Shown: positions 46,042 to 57,420, numbered from the whole stretch's first letter. The stretch: DNA of 63,240 bases, filler included, from Licmophora abbreviata (GCA_900291995.1; 15 parts of 15 records of this genome joined end to end with filler, not necessarily neighbours in it), one strand, 5' to 3'. Notes: a model not told the origin generated them from the sequence alone. Numbers and translations are program-made.

Positions 46042-48933
46042 ATGAATCTTCTGCGTTCGACATGCGCAATGATCGCCGTCTCAAGAACTCTTCTCTCCGC
46101 AGGCGTGCCGGTGTCGGGGTTCACCACAACAATACCTCTCCAGTCAAACATCGCCCTGGGCATCAATCCGCGACGCAACGAATCAACACTGCGCCTTTCC
46201 AAAGATTCGACTGTGGCCGCACTGCCACCTGCCATTTCTATAGAGGGGCTCAGCTGCAGTCACGATGGGGGTGAAGTCTATCAGCTCAAAGATTGCTCTT
46301 ATGTTCTCCCGCGAGGATCCAAGGTCGGACTTGTCGGTCGAAACGGATGCGGGAAATCTACCCTGCTTCGACTTCTTGCTGAGGCTTGCTGCACTGATGC
46401 TGATGTCTCATCTGTTGACGAGGGGGTCGTGTATTCTGGGACCATTTCCGCGCCAAGGGATATCCGAGTCGCGTTTGTCGAACAGGAGCCGCCCATGCCG
46501 TCGGATGTTTCTGTAGGCGATTCTCTGCTGGGCGTGGTGTCCGACGCGTACAGTTCCAGCGATCAAATTGGCAGATCGTCTGTGTATCAGGTAGCCCGCC
46601 GATACCGCCGGGCCGTTGATCAAGCTGAATCCGACCCAGATGAATTCGCGGATGCGTCAGCTGCCATGGATGCTTGCGACGGGTGGTCTGTTCTCACCAA
46701 AGCGGACGAGGTGGCAACAAGGCTGAGAGTGAGGAGTTTGAAGGATAAACCTCTTTCCGAATTGTCCGGGGGCGAACGCAAGCGCGTCGCATTGGCCGCT
46801 GCTCTCGTTCAGGAGCCTGACGTGCTGCTACTCGACGAACCGACCAACCACCTCGACNNNNNNNNNNNNNNNNNNNNNNNNNNNNNNNNNNNNNNNNNNN
46901 NTTAATTAATTAANNNNNNNNNNNNNNNNNNNNNNNNNNNNNNNNNNNNNNNNNNNNTTGGCTGCGATTCGATGGCTGTCGGACTTGATCCTTGAGCAGC
47001 GCAAGCTGACGCTTCTGTTTGTATCGCACGACAGAGCATTCTTAAACGAGGTGTGCGATCGTATACTCGAGCTCGATCGAGGTTCCTTGTATGGCTACAA
47101 AGGTGACTATTCGGCCTACCTCGAAGGGAAACAAGCGCGACTGGAACAGGAGGACGCTGCGGTCGCCTCTGCAAAGACAATGTATCGCCGAGAACTCGAC
47201 TGGATGCGGCGGCAGCCACAGGTGAGTTACATTTCCCGTACACGAATGTCTGCGCAGTCTGATAGACCGCGAGCTACACACTCATGAGCGAGCGATATGC
47301 ATTGTTCTCACTGAGCAGGCCCGAGAGTCCAAGTCCAAGTCTCGCATTGACGCGTTTTACAAACTTGAAAAGGCAGTGAAACCAAGGGCTCTCGATCCAT
47401 CGTTGAATATTGACAGTAGTAGTCAGCGACGGGTCGGTGGTGAAATCCTCAAGGTGAGTGCTGGGCTGTTTAAAACGTGCGATGAATCTGCTGAAAGGAT
47501 CCACTGAGGCGGAGCCGAAAGCGCATGTTGATGCAAAATCAGGTCGGATGCGACGACTGGAACTTACTCGGCTCTTGTCCTGCCCGATCGCGATGGCGCA
47601 GATAAAGAACGTCTCATTGCAATTTGGAGACATCGTAATTCTAGATGACTTCAGCTACGACTTCTCGCGAGGCGACAAGATTGGGATTGTCGGCCGAAAC
47701 GGCGTCGGCAAGGTATGTCATTCGCGGCTTGCCCATCCTCGCTTTCGTCGCTTACCAACGAGCAAACAAAGTCTGACTCTGATTCTTGTTGGTATGTGTG
47801 ACGACAGTCGACCTTTATTCGTGTTTTAACCGGAGAACAGACTATTGATTCCGGAATAATAAAGAAGGGGGACACGATCGTGGTCGGCGCTTATGACCAG
47901 ATGGGCTTGCAGGTGGATCGGGACATCTCCGTCATGGATTTCGTTACTGAGAGCATTCAAGAGGACAGCTTGATTTCATCCGATGCCGCGAACGATGCAC
48001 GGAAGCTACTGACACGTTTTGAGTTCCAGAGGCAGCGATGGCATGAGCGGTGAGTGACTCAAGTGGCTCAGCGATTCGCAGCTACTTGTCGATCCATGTG
48101 GCTAACGATGTTTTTGATATCCTAGAGTTTCCATGCTTTCAGGAGGCGAAAGGCGGCGCCTGCAGCTGCTATCAGTCCTCAGCAAGGTGAGTAGACTTGT
48201 GCGTACAAGGGATTCTACTTTGCACGAAGCACTTAGTAACCGACGGGCCTGCCACTCTACTGGTGCGAACAGAAACCTAACTTCCTTATTCTCGACGAGC
48301 CAAGCAACGACATTGACCTCGATACGCTGAACGCCCTTGAGGGATTTCTTCAGGAGTATTCCGGAGTGTTAGTAGTAGTGTCGCATGATCGATTCTTTGT
48401 CGATAGAGTCTGCTCACATTTGTTTGTATTCGAGGGTGAAGGGGAAGTGAAGGTACGTGAAACAGTTATCGTCTTTCTCTGCCTGGGACGCGCAACTGCA
48501 AGATCTCCGTTTTTCTAACCAGTGTTTTGACCTCTGGGAGTTGCAGGACTATCTTGGATCATTGACAGAATACTCGGACTGTCTAATTGAGAAGGAAAGG
48601 TTGGCAGGTCCATCGAATGACGTTACCATTGTTACGGACCAAAACCACCGTAAGGCTCAGCACAAGGAGAAGCGCGAGAAGCGCAACCAAATCCGCAATG
48701 CAGTTAGAAAAATGAGAAAGGATCTGCGTAATCTCGAGAATGCGATGGAGACATTGAAGCCGCTGGCGACTTCCCTGCAGGACGAGCTCGACGCCAGCAG
48801 TGATGCAGGGTGGACGGTTCTTGCAGATCTCACAGCCAAGCTCGACAGTGTGACCGCAGATATCAACACGAAAGAGACTCAGTGGCTCGAACTTGCAGAG
48901 GCGCTAGAGTCCACGGAGACAGATGTCATGTAG
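46042..48933 (+). CDS. ABC-F family ATPase (Uup-like); introns 47222-47318, 47454-47601, 47713-47807, 48050-48125, 48187-48272, 48453-48546
   Basis: Two NBDs: GRNGCGKS/LSGGERKR/LLLDEPTNHLD and GRNGVGKS/LSGGERRR/LILDEPSNDID. Linker ELDWMRRQPQARESK. No TM domain. All six GT-AG introns keep the frame. Confidence 0.9.
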
Positions 48934-49187
48934 AGCACGCGATCGTGGTCCCGTGCTCCGAGACGAGGATCGCGATGCATCCTGTTGTCACCGACTATTT
49001 GTCTGATCAGATTGCGGCATTCATCATACCGCCACTCGAATCGAAGGGTAGAGAAGTTGTGCTGCTGTCGTCGAGAGCGGCGAGCGGATTGTTTTCCGAA
49101 ACGAATTTCCCTTGCTCAAAAAGAGCGCTCTTCTTGCTACTAGTCACGAAATCATCAACCAGCCATTTCATCAAGAGCGTCCCTTGC

Positions 49188-49254
49188 AAACTCTATAGAC
49201 TTCCTTCTATATGATAAAAACCGTAAACTCTATAGACTTCCTTCTAAATGATAA
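49188..49254. repeat. Direct repeat of 30 bp (29/30 identical), period 37
   Basis: aaactctatagacttccttctatatgataa (49188-49217) and aaactctatagacttccttctaaatgataa (49225-49254). Confidence 0.8.
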
Positions 49255-49314
49255 TAATTTTCATAGATAGCTGACTCCTACTTCAGTCTCGCACTGTTAG
49301 GGTTAGGTAGTGTC

Positions 49315-49414
49315 NNNNNNNNNNNNNNNNNNNNNNNNNNNNNNNNNNNNNNNNNNNNTTAATTAATTAANNNNNNNNNNNNNNNNNNNNNNNNNNNNNN
49401 NNNNNNNNNNNNNN
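49315..49414. other. Artificial assembly linker marking the eukaryote/bacterium boundary
   Basis: N-run + TTAATTAATTAA (stops in all frames) + N-run. Identical linkers at 6000, 9236, 24342, 26833, 33190, 36218, 42522, 46858, 52306, 53987, 55332, 58279, 60456. Confidence 0.97.
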
Positions 49415-49415
49415 G

Positions 49416-50414
49416 GTCGAGGTATTCGATCAGCACGGCGTGACATTCGTCTCCGTCACGCAGCAATTCAACACCACGACCTCGATGGGGCGCCTTACGT
49501 TGAATATCCTGCTCAGCTTTGCCCAGTTCGAGCGTGAGGTAACCGCGGAGCGGATCCGCGACAAATTCCAGGCCTCGAAAGCCAAAGGCATGTGGATGGG
49601 CGGAAATGTGCCCCTCGGTTATGACGCGAAAGACCGCAAGCTTGTCATCAACGACAAGGAAGCCGCCGATGTCCGGTTTGTTTTTGAGCGCTTCACGCAG
49701 GTGGGCTCCGGCACTGTTCTGGCGCAGGAGCTTAAAAAAGCCGGGATCACCACGAAAAAGGGCAAGCCCATCGACAAGAAGCATATTTACCGGATGCTCA
49801 ACAATCGGCATTACCTCGGTGAAATCGTCCACAAAGACAAGACCTACCCCGGACTGCACGAGCCGATCATTTCAAAAGACCTCTGGGGCAAGGTGCACAG
49901 CATTCTGTCTGAAAGCCCGCGCAAGCGCGCCGCTCGGACGCGGGCCGACACACCAGCGCTTTTGAAGGGCTTGCTGTTTGGACCGGACGGCGCCGCGTTC
50001 TCGCCGACCCATACGCGCAAAGGGGGCAAGCTCTATCGCTACTATGTCAGCCAGACCGTGCTGACGCATGGCGCTGGGTCATGCCCCATCGGCCGCGTGC
50101 CAGCAGGGGAAATCGAGGCCGCTGTTATTGATCAGTTGCGCACCGTGTTCCGCCAGCCGGAGATCGTTGCAGGGACATGGAAAGCGGCGCGCACCCACGC
50201 CGACGACATCACCGAGGCCGACGCCCGCGCCGCGCTTCAGCAGCTCGATCCGCTCTGGGACGAATTGTTTCCGGCCGAACAGGCGCGGATCATTGGGCTT
50301 GCCATAGAACGCGTGGACATCGCCGTCGACAGCGTCAATGTTCGGCTGCGCATGGACGGCCTGTCAGGCTTGGCTCGCGAGATGCTGGCGGGCGGTGTGC
50401 AGGTGGCAGCATGA
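49416..50414 (+). CDS. Large serine recombinase (resolvase + recombinase domains), 5'-truncated
   Basis: GVTFVSVTQQFNTTTSMGRLTLNILLSFAQFEREVTAERIRDK, GGNVPLGY, NNRHYLG, HEPII, LLKGLL, YRYYVS. Confidence 0.92.
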   Translation, partial: VEVFDQHGVTFVSVTQQFNTTTSMGRLTLNILLSFAQFEREVTAERIRDKFQASKAKGMWMGGNVPLGYDAKDRKLVINDKEAADVRFVFERFTQVGSGTVLAQELKKAGITTKKGKPIDKKHIYRMLNNRHYLGEIVHKDKTYPGLHEPIISKDLWGKVHSILSESPRKRAARTRADTPALLKGLLFGPDGAAFSPTHTRKGGKLYRYYVSQTVLTHGAGSCPIGRVPAGEIEAAVIDQLRTVFRQPEIVAGTWKAARTHADDITEADARAALQQLDPLWDELFPAEQARIIGLAIERVDIAVDSVNVRLRMDGLSGLAREMLAGGVQVAA

Positions 50415-50791
50415 CCCGCGCCACACCCATGCCCGATGTCATCACGGTTCAGGTGCCGTTTCGTGTCGTCAAACGTGGTGGGCGTAAGGAGATGTATCTT
50501 CCCGATGGGGCAACAACAGCGCGGAAGCCGGACAGCACGCTGGTCAAGGCGCTGGCCCGGGCATTTCGGTGGAAGCGGATGCTGGACTCGGGGGAGTTCA
50601 CGACGATCGCCGAACTTGCTGAGCGCGAGGGCATCTCCTTCACATACATGGCACGGGTCTTGCGCCTAACACTGCTCGCTCCCGATAACGTCGAGGCGAT
50701 CTTGGATGGCCGGCATAGACCGGAAGTGACGCTGGAGCGGTTGCTGAAGCCCTTTCCGGTTGAATGGTCAAGGCAAACATCGGATAGATAA
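50411..50791 (+). CDS. Small HTH-like protein coupled to the recombinase
   Basis: ATGA overlap with the recombinase stop; LVKALARAFRWKRMLDSGEFTTIAELAEREGISFTYMARVLRLTLLAPD.VEAILDG. Confidence 0.85.
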   Translation: MTRATPMPDVITVQVPFRVVKRGGRKEMYLPDGATTARKPDSTLVKALARAFRWKRMLDSGEFTTIAELAEREGISFTYMARVLRLTLLAPDNVEAILDGRHRPEVTLERLLKPFPVEWSRQTSDR

Positions 50792-50865
50792 TGAAATCCC
50801 CTGAGCACTTTCTGCATACTGTGCCGCCAAATGGGGGCAATCCGGTAATCTAGCAGGGGCATCGA

Positions 50866-52749
50866 ATGGCCATCAAGAAGAGCGACATCTACCGATCCCT
50901 TTGGGAAAGCTGCGACCAGCTTCGCGGCGGCATGGATGCCTCGCTCTACAAGGATTACATCCTAACCCTCCTCTTCGTGAAATACGTGTCCGACCGTGCT
51001 GGCCAGCCCGACGCGCTGATCGAGGTACCACCCGGCGCGTCCTTCGCCGACATGAAGGCCCTTCGCGGGTCCAAGAACATCGGCGAGGGGATGGACACCA
51101 TCATCTCCCGGATCGCTGAGGAAAACGACCTTAGCGGCGTGATCGACCGAGCATTTTTCAACGACGCCGAAAAATTCGGGCGTGGTCAGAAGATGATCAA
51201 CACCTTGACGTCGCTGATCAACATCTTCAGCAGAGAAGAACTGAACTTCTCGAAGAACCGCGCCGACGGCGACGACATCCTCGGGGACGCCTACGAATAC
51301 CTGATGCGCAACTTCGCGACCGAGGCGGGCAAGTCCAAGGGGCAGTTCTATACCCCGGCCGAGGTCTCGCGGGTCGTCGCCGCCGTGGCGGGCATCAGCC
51401 GCGCGACCAGCCCGAAGCAGACCGTCTACGATCCGACCTGCGGCTCCGGCTCGCTCCTCCTGAAAGCCGCCGAGACCGCCCGCGTGCCGATCACCATCTT
51501 CGGGCAGGAGATGGACATCGCCACCCGCGGCCTCGCGCGCATGAACATGATCATGCACAACCGCGCCACGGCCGAGATCGCGCAGGGCGATGTAATTGCC
51601 GAACCGCACTTCCTGGCCGACGCCCACACCCTGCAGGCCTTCGATTTCGTCGTAGCCAACCCTCCCTTCTCGGCCAAGGCTTGGGCCGCGGGGCTGACGT
51701 CTGAAACAAAATACGGCCGTTTCGACGATGGCGAACCGCCCGCCAAGAACGGCGATTTCGCCTTCCTCCTGCACATCCTCGCCTCGATGAAGGCCACCGG
51801 TTCCGGCGCGGTGATCCTGCCGCACGGCGTCCTGTTCCGCGGCAATGCCGAGTCGAAGCTGCGCGAGAAGATCCTGAAACGCGGCTACATCAAGGGCGTC
51901 ATCGGCCTGCCCGCGAACCTATTCTATGGCACCGGCATCCCCGCCTCGATCATTGTGCTGGACAAATCCGAGGCATGCGAAAACCGCCCCGTCTTCATGA
52001 TCGACGCCTCCAAGGGTTTCATCAAGGACGGCAACAAGAACCGCCTGCGCGAGCGGGACATCCACAAGATCATCGACGCCTTCACCAAGGCGCAAACGAT
52101 CCCCGGCTATTCCCGCCTCGTGCCGTTCGACGAGATCTCGCGCAACGACTTCAACCTGAACATCCCCCGCTATATCGACGGCTCCGACCCCGAGGATCTG
52201 CAGGACATCACCGCCCACCTGCATGGCGGCGTGCCAGAGTGGGACATTGACGCGCTGGGCGAATTCTGGGCCGTCATGCCCACCCTGCGCGCCACGCTCT
52301 TCGGGNNNNNNNNNNNNNNNNNNNNNNNNNNNNNNNNNNNNNNNNNNNNTTAATTAATTAANNNNNNNNNNNNNNNNNNNNNNNNNNNNNNNNNNNNNNN
52401 NNNNNACGAAAGGGCCATGCTGAAACTGGCGGCCGCGCTCTTCGAGGGCGAGGCCGATGCGAAGAAGGCCGCGAAAGAGGCCGAGGCGCGGCTGACCCAG
52501 GCCGTGTTGAAGAAATACCCCACCCTGACCATGGGCGAGATCCAGACCCTTGTGGTGCAGGACAAGTGGCTGGCCGACCTCACCGCCGCCATCGGGGCCG
52601 AGGTCGAGGCGCGGACGGAAACCCTGACCGCCCGCGTGCGGGTGCTGACCGAACGCTATGGTCAGACCTTGCCGCAGATCATGGAGGATCTGGCCGGGCT
52701 GGAGGTGCGGGTGGCCGGGCATCTGGCAGCGATGGGGGTGGCGGGATGA
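50866..52749 (+). CDS. hsdM: Type I R-M methyltransferase subunit M (long form), interrupted by gap 52306-52405
   Basis: LWESCDQLRGGMDAS.YKDY, LGDAYEYL, GQFYTP, YDPTCGSGSLL, ANPPF, PHGVLFRG, NLNIPRY. The C-terminal piece ends at TGA 52747-52749. Confidence 0.93.
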
Positions 52750-53891
52750 GTGATCTGACCGCTCTTGATTCCCTCTTGAGCAAATTGCCGTCTGGTTGGT
52801 CTAGCCCGGCTATCGCTAACGTTGCCCGACTAATCAACGGGCGAGGGTTCAAGCCGCATGAGTGGGAGACCGACGGGCTGCCGATCATCCGTATTCAAAA
52901 CCTCAATGGCTCGACGGATTTCAACTATTACCCTGGCAGCTACAATCCAAAGATCGAAGTAAACACTGGCGACCTTCTCTTCGCTTGGTCAGGTAGCCGT
53001 GGAACGTCGTTCGGTCCGCACTTTTGGAACGGCCCAAAGGGCGTCCTGAACTATCACACGTGGCGCGTTAAGGTCGATGAGAGCGCAATTTCACCTGACT
53101 TCTTCTATCATGCACTTCGCTTTCTGACGCGGATAATTGAGGACCGTGCACACGGGGCCTCGGCGCTGGTTCATGTGCAAAAATGGGAAATGGAGAAGTT
53201 CGGCTTTCCCTGCCCGAATGATCGCGCCGAACAACAGGCCATCGCCGCCGCGTTGGCGGATGCGGATGGGGTGGTGGCGGGGTTGGAGCGGGTGATCGCC
53301 AAGAAGCGCCTGATCAAGCAGGGCGCGATGCAAGACCTCCTCACCGCCCGCCGCCGCCTCCCGGGGTTCTCGGGGGAGTGGGAGGTGAAGAAGTTGGGTG
53401 CGGCTCTGACCGTGAGACATGGCCGATCCCAGAAAGAGGTGGAACATCCTTCCGGTGAATTTCCAATCCTCGCAACGGGCGGGCAGATTGGCACGGCGAC
53501 CAAGTTCCTTTGGGACAAGCCGTCAGTGTTGATTGGTCGGAAAGGCACGATTGACGTGCCGCGATTCATGGACACACCGTTCTGGTCGGTGGACACCCTT
53601 TTCTACACGGATGTTCATACAGGCTATGATGCCAAGTTCCTTTTCTATGTTTTTCTGATGGTTGACTGGATGTCCTACAATGAGGCGTCTGGTGTGCCGA
53701 GCCTGAACGCGAAGACCATTGAAAACATCGAGGTTCGGCTTCCAAACCTCGACGAACAGCAAGCCATCGCCGCCGTCCTCTCCGACATGGACGCTGAAAT
53801 CCAGACCCTCGAGTCCCGCCTCGCCAAGGCGCGGGCGGTGAAGGAGGGGATGATGCAAAATCTTTTGACAGGACGGGTCAGGCTGGTCTGA
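52746..53891 (+). CDS. hsdS: Type I R-M specificity subunit S with two TRDs
   Basis: ATGA overlap with hsdM; repeated conserved arms EQQAIAAAL...KQGAMQDLLT and EQQAIAAVL...KEGMMQNLLTGRVRL. Confidence 0.93.
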   Translation: MSDLTALDSLLSKLPSGWSSPAIANVARLINGRGFKPHEWETDGLPIIRIQNLNGSTDFNYYPGSYNPKIEVNTGDLLFAWSGSRGTSFGPHFWNGPKGVLNYHTWRVKVDESAISPDFFYHALRFLTRIIEDRAHGASALVHVQKWEMEKFGFPCPNDRAEQQAIAAALADADGVVAGLERVIAKKRLIKQGAMQDLLTARRRLPGFSGEWEVKKLGAALTVRHGRSQKEVEHPSGEFPILATGGQIGTATKFLWDKPSVLIGRKGTIDVPRFMDTPFWSVDTLFYTDVHTGYDAKFLFYVFLMVDWMSYNEASGVPSLNAKTIENIEVRLPNLDEQQAIAAVLSDMDAEIQTLESRLAKARAVKEGMMQNLLTGRVRLV

Positions 53892-53923
53892 CTCGGGTAA
53901 CAGTATTTTAAGGGGGTATTTCC

Positions 53924-56471
53924 ATGGCCATCGGCGATCCGGAACGCGCCACGCAGAACCGCATGATCGCGCAGATGTGCGGCGATNNNNNNNNNNNNNN
54001 NNNNNNNNNNNNNNNNNNNNNNNNNNNNNNTTAATTAATTAANNNNNNNNNNNNNNNNNNNNNNNNNNNNNNNNNNNNNNNNNNNNGGGATCATCTGGCA
54101 GACCCAGGGCTCGGGCAAGAGCCTGATCATGGTGATGCTGGCCCGCTGGATCCGCGAAGCGCGGCCCGATGCGCGCATCCTGGTGGTGACCGACCGCAAG
54201 GAACTGGACGACCAGATCGAGGCGGTTTTCGGCGACACCGGCGACAAGGTGCGTCGCGCGAAATCCGGCGCCGACCTGCTGGCGGCACTGGCCGACCCGA
54301 AAGATCGGGTGGTGTCCTCGCTCGTTCACAAGTTCGGGCGGCGGGAAGAGGACGAGTTGGGCGCCATGATCGCCGACATCCAGCGCGGCCAGATCGGCGC
54401 ACCAGTGGGCGAGTTCTTCGTCTTCATCGACGAGGCGCACCGGACCCAGTCGGGCAAGCTGGCGCGCGCCATGCGGATGATCCTGCCGGGTGCGGTGTTC
54501 TTCGGCTTCACGGGAACGCCGCTTCTGCGGTCGGACAAGCAGACATCGCTCGAGGTGTTCGGCCCCTATATCGGCACGCCCTACCGCTTCAACGAGGCGG
54601 TTGAAGATGGGGTCGTGCTGGATCTGCGGTATGAGGCGCGGGACATCGACCAGCGCGTAGCCTCTCCCAGGAAGATCGACGAATGGTTCGAGGCCAAGAC
54701 AAAGGGCCTGACCCCGGTGGCCAAGGCGACGCTGAAACAGCGCTGGGGCACGTTGCAGCGCGTGCTGTCCTCGAAGGATCGCCTGGAACAGATCGCTAAC
54801 GACATCATCATGGACATGGAGCTGAAGCCGCGCCTGAAGGCAGGCCGTGGCAACGCCATGCTGGTGGCGGGCTCGATCCCCGAGGCGTGCAGGCTGTTCG
54901 AGATCTTCCGTAATTCCGGCTCGGACCTTGCCGGGAAATGCGCCATCGTCACGTCCTATACGCGAAACGCCTCGGAATTGACCGGCGAAGAGGCCGGGAT
55001 GGGCGAGACGGAAAAGCAGTACGTCTATCGCGTCTATGACCGGCTGATGACCGATCTGGGCACGGATGAAGAGGCTTACGAGGCCGAGGCGCTGCGGAAG
55101 TTCCGCAAGGAACCGGCGCAGATGAAGCTCCTGATCGTCGTCAGCCGCCTGCTGACCGGGTTCGACGCGCCGACGGCGACCTACATCTACATCGACAAGC
55201 AGATGCGCGACCACGGGCTGTTCCAGGCGATCTGCCGGGTGAACCGCCTGGACGGGGACGACAAGGATTACGGCTATGTCGTCGACTACAAGGATCTGTT
55301 CAAGAACATCGAGACGGCCGTCGAGGATTACNNNNNNNNNNNNNNNNNNNNNNNNNNNNNNNNNNNNNNNNNNNNTTAATTAATTAANNNNNNNNNNNNN
55401 NNNNNNNNNNNNNNNNNNNNNNNNNNNNNNNACTACAAGGATCTGTTCAAGAACATCGAGACGGCCGTCGAGGATTACACCTCGGGCGCCTTCGACGCCT
55501 TCGATGCTGCCGATGTCGAGGGGCTGATTTCTTCGCGGGCCGAAAAGGCGGGCGAGGATCTGATGACCGCGCGTGATGCCTGGTTCGGGCTGCTGGACCC
55601 GGTGGAGCAGCCCAAGGGCGACGACCAGGTGCTTGCCTATTTCTCCAGTCCCGGAGGGTGGGAGGCCGATCCGCAGGCAGAGGAAAAGGCCCGGCGGCGT
55701 CAGGCGCTGTACAAGTTGGCCGGTGCCTATGCCCGCGCCTTCGCATCCGTGGCTGACGATCCTGCGGCGTCGGGCGTGAACGATCTTCACCTGGCGCAGT
55801 ACCGCAACGAGGTGGAACGGGCGATTTCGCTACGGGATGCGGTGCGCCTGCACAGCGGCGATGCCGTGGACATGAAGCAGTTCGAGCCTGCGATGCGGCA
55901 CTTGATCGACACTTACATCAAAGCCGACGAATCCGAGGTGATCTCGCATCTGGACGATATCAGCCTAATCGACCTAGTGGCGAGCAAGGGAGCTGCAGTC
56001 GAAGGTGAATTGCCCGCTGCCCTTAAGAAGAAGCGGGAGAACGTGGCCGAGGCCATCGAGAACAACGTGCGCAGGCTGATCATCGAAGAGACGCCGGTAA
56101 ACCCGAAGTTCTACGAGAGAATGTCAGAGCTGCTGGGCGACCTCGTCAAGAAGCGGAAGGACGATGCCGTAGCATATGCCGAATACCTAGAAAAGATCGC
56201 GGCACTGGTTAGACAGGTAAAGGCTGGGCACGGTGGCGAATACCCTTCGACCATGACCACGCCAGGGCGCAAGGCGCTCTATGACAATCTTGGTCAGGAC
56301 GAGGCGATGGCTCTTTTGGTCGATGAAGCCATCCGCGGCACTGCCCAAACGGGATGGCGAGGCAACAAGATGAAGGAACGGATGCTGCGGCGAAAGCTGC
56401 TGGATATCCTCAATACGGATGACGCCGTTGACAGAATCATCGAGATCATCCGGTCGCATGATGAATACTGA
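53924..56471 (+). CDS. hsdR: Type I R-M restriction subunit R, interrupted by gaps 53987-54086 (nuclease region missing) and 55332-55431 (false gap)
   Basis: RBS AAGGGGG then MAIGDPERATQNR; IWQTQGSGKS, VTDRKELD, IDEAHR, GFTGTP, LLTGFDAP, QAICRVNR. Confidence 0.92.
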
Positions 56472-57171
56472 AGTGATCGAGATTGCCGGGCTGTCGGTGG
56501 AACTGGTCCGTAAACCGATCAAGAACCTGCATATCGGAGTCTATCCTCCGGCCGGTCGCGTACGTGTCGCTGCCCCGCCGGCCCTGAGCGAAGACGCTGT
56601 CCGGGTGGCAGTTGTGACCCGGCTAGGCTGGATCAAGAAGAAGCAGCACGAGTTTGAAGATCAGGCGCGACAACCCGAACGCCGGTATATCTCCGGCGAA
56701 ACCCATTTTGTCTTCGGAAAACCGCTTCGGCTTATGGTCCAGCCGAACGACCAGAACCGCTGTGCAATCCGGCCAGACGCTTCGGATCGCCTGAAGATGT
56801 TGGTGCCTGCCGGATCATCGTCCGACCAGAAGGCACGTTGGATGGCGACATGGTACCGATCGCAGCTGCGGGAAAAAGCCGCTCCCCGCATCGCGAAATG
56901 GTCGGATCGGCTGGCCGTACCGATGCCGCGATGGGGCATCAGGTTGATGAAGACGAAGTGGGGCAGCTGCAACCCCGAAAAGGGGCTAGTTTGGCTGAAC
57001 CTCGACTTGGCGAAGAAGCCTCTGGTCGCCCTCGACTACGTCATCCTTCATGAGATGGCCCATTTCGTATCACCGCGACACGACGATCTCTTCTTGAACA
57101 CTCTAGATCGAAACATGCCGGGATGGCGGCAAATCCGGTCGGACCTCAATGCGCTACCTCTTTCGGAATGA
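56458..57171 (+). CDS. SprT/YgjP-like (DUF45, M48-like) HExxH metallo-hydrolase
   Basis: RKPIKNLHIGVYPP, YISGETH, MKTKWGSCN, LNLDL, DYVILHEMAH...H. The start overlaps the hsdR end. Confidence 0.88.
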   Translation: MMNTEVIEIAGLSVELVRKPIKNLHIGVYPPAGRVRVAAPPALSEDAVRVAVVTRLGWIKKKQHEFEDQARQPERRYISGETHFVFGKPLRLMVQPNDQNRCAIRPDASDRLKMLVPAGSSSDQKARWMATWYRSQLREKAAPRIAKWSDRLAVPMPRWGIRLMKTKWGSCNPEKGLVWLNLDLAKKPLVALDYVILHEMAHFVSPRHDDLFLNTLDRNMPGWRQIRSDLNALPLSE

Positions 57172-57398
57172 AGCGCGGCCCAAAAGTTCGATTTCTGCTC
57201 CTTTTCGCGAACGTCACTGGCATCGAAGTGTTCAGGTCTTCAACTGTTCGCCCTAATGTTTTCAATTGGTTACGGGCTTTATACTGAATTCATGCAGTCG
57301 AGAGGTCCGGAGAACATCAGGCTCAAGAGAGCGTTTCCGGCCGATATTGAGAGGGTGCCAGTGCAAAGCCGAACGCAAATAACCCTCGAAAACAACGG

Positions 57399-57420
57399 AA
57401 AAATCCGGCCGCAGCCGGAT
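57399..57420 (-). terminator. Probable intrinsic terminator downstream of tRNA-Ser
   Basis: 7-bp stem ATCCGGC/GCCGGAT with a 4-nt loop, running into a short T tract on the minus strand. Confidence 0.5.

Noticed and set aside
49007..49189. 60-aa minus-strand ORF after the ABC-F gene
   Set aside because: TTG start, no motif and no splice support.
49297..49307. TTAGGGTTAGG as a telomere
   Set aside because: Fewer than two units, followed by non-repeat sequence.
54087..54122. HsdR WQTQGSGKS instead of WHTQGSGKS as an inactivating change
   Set aside because: The GSGKS Walker A core and DEAH are intact.
50962..55214. Long antisense ORFs opposite hsdM and hsdR (287 and 391 aa)
   Set aside because: Expected by-product of GC-rich codon usage on the sense strand.
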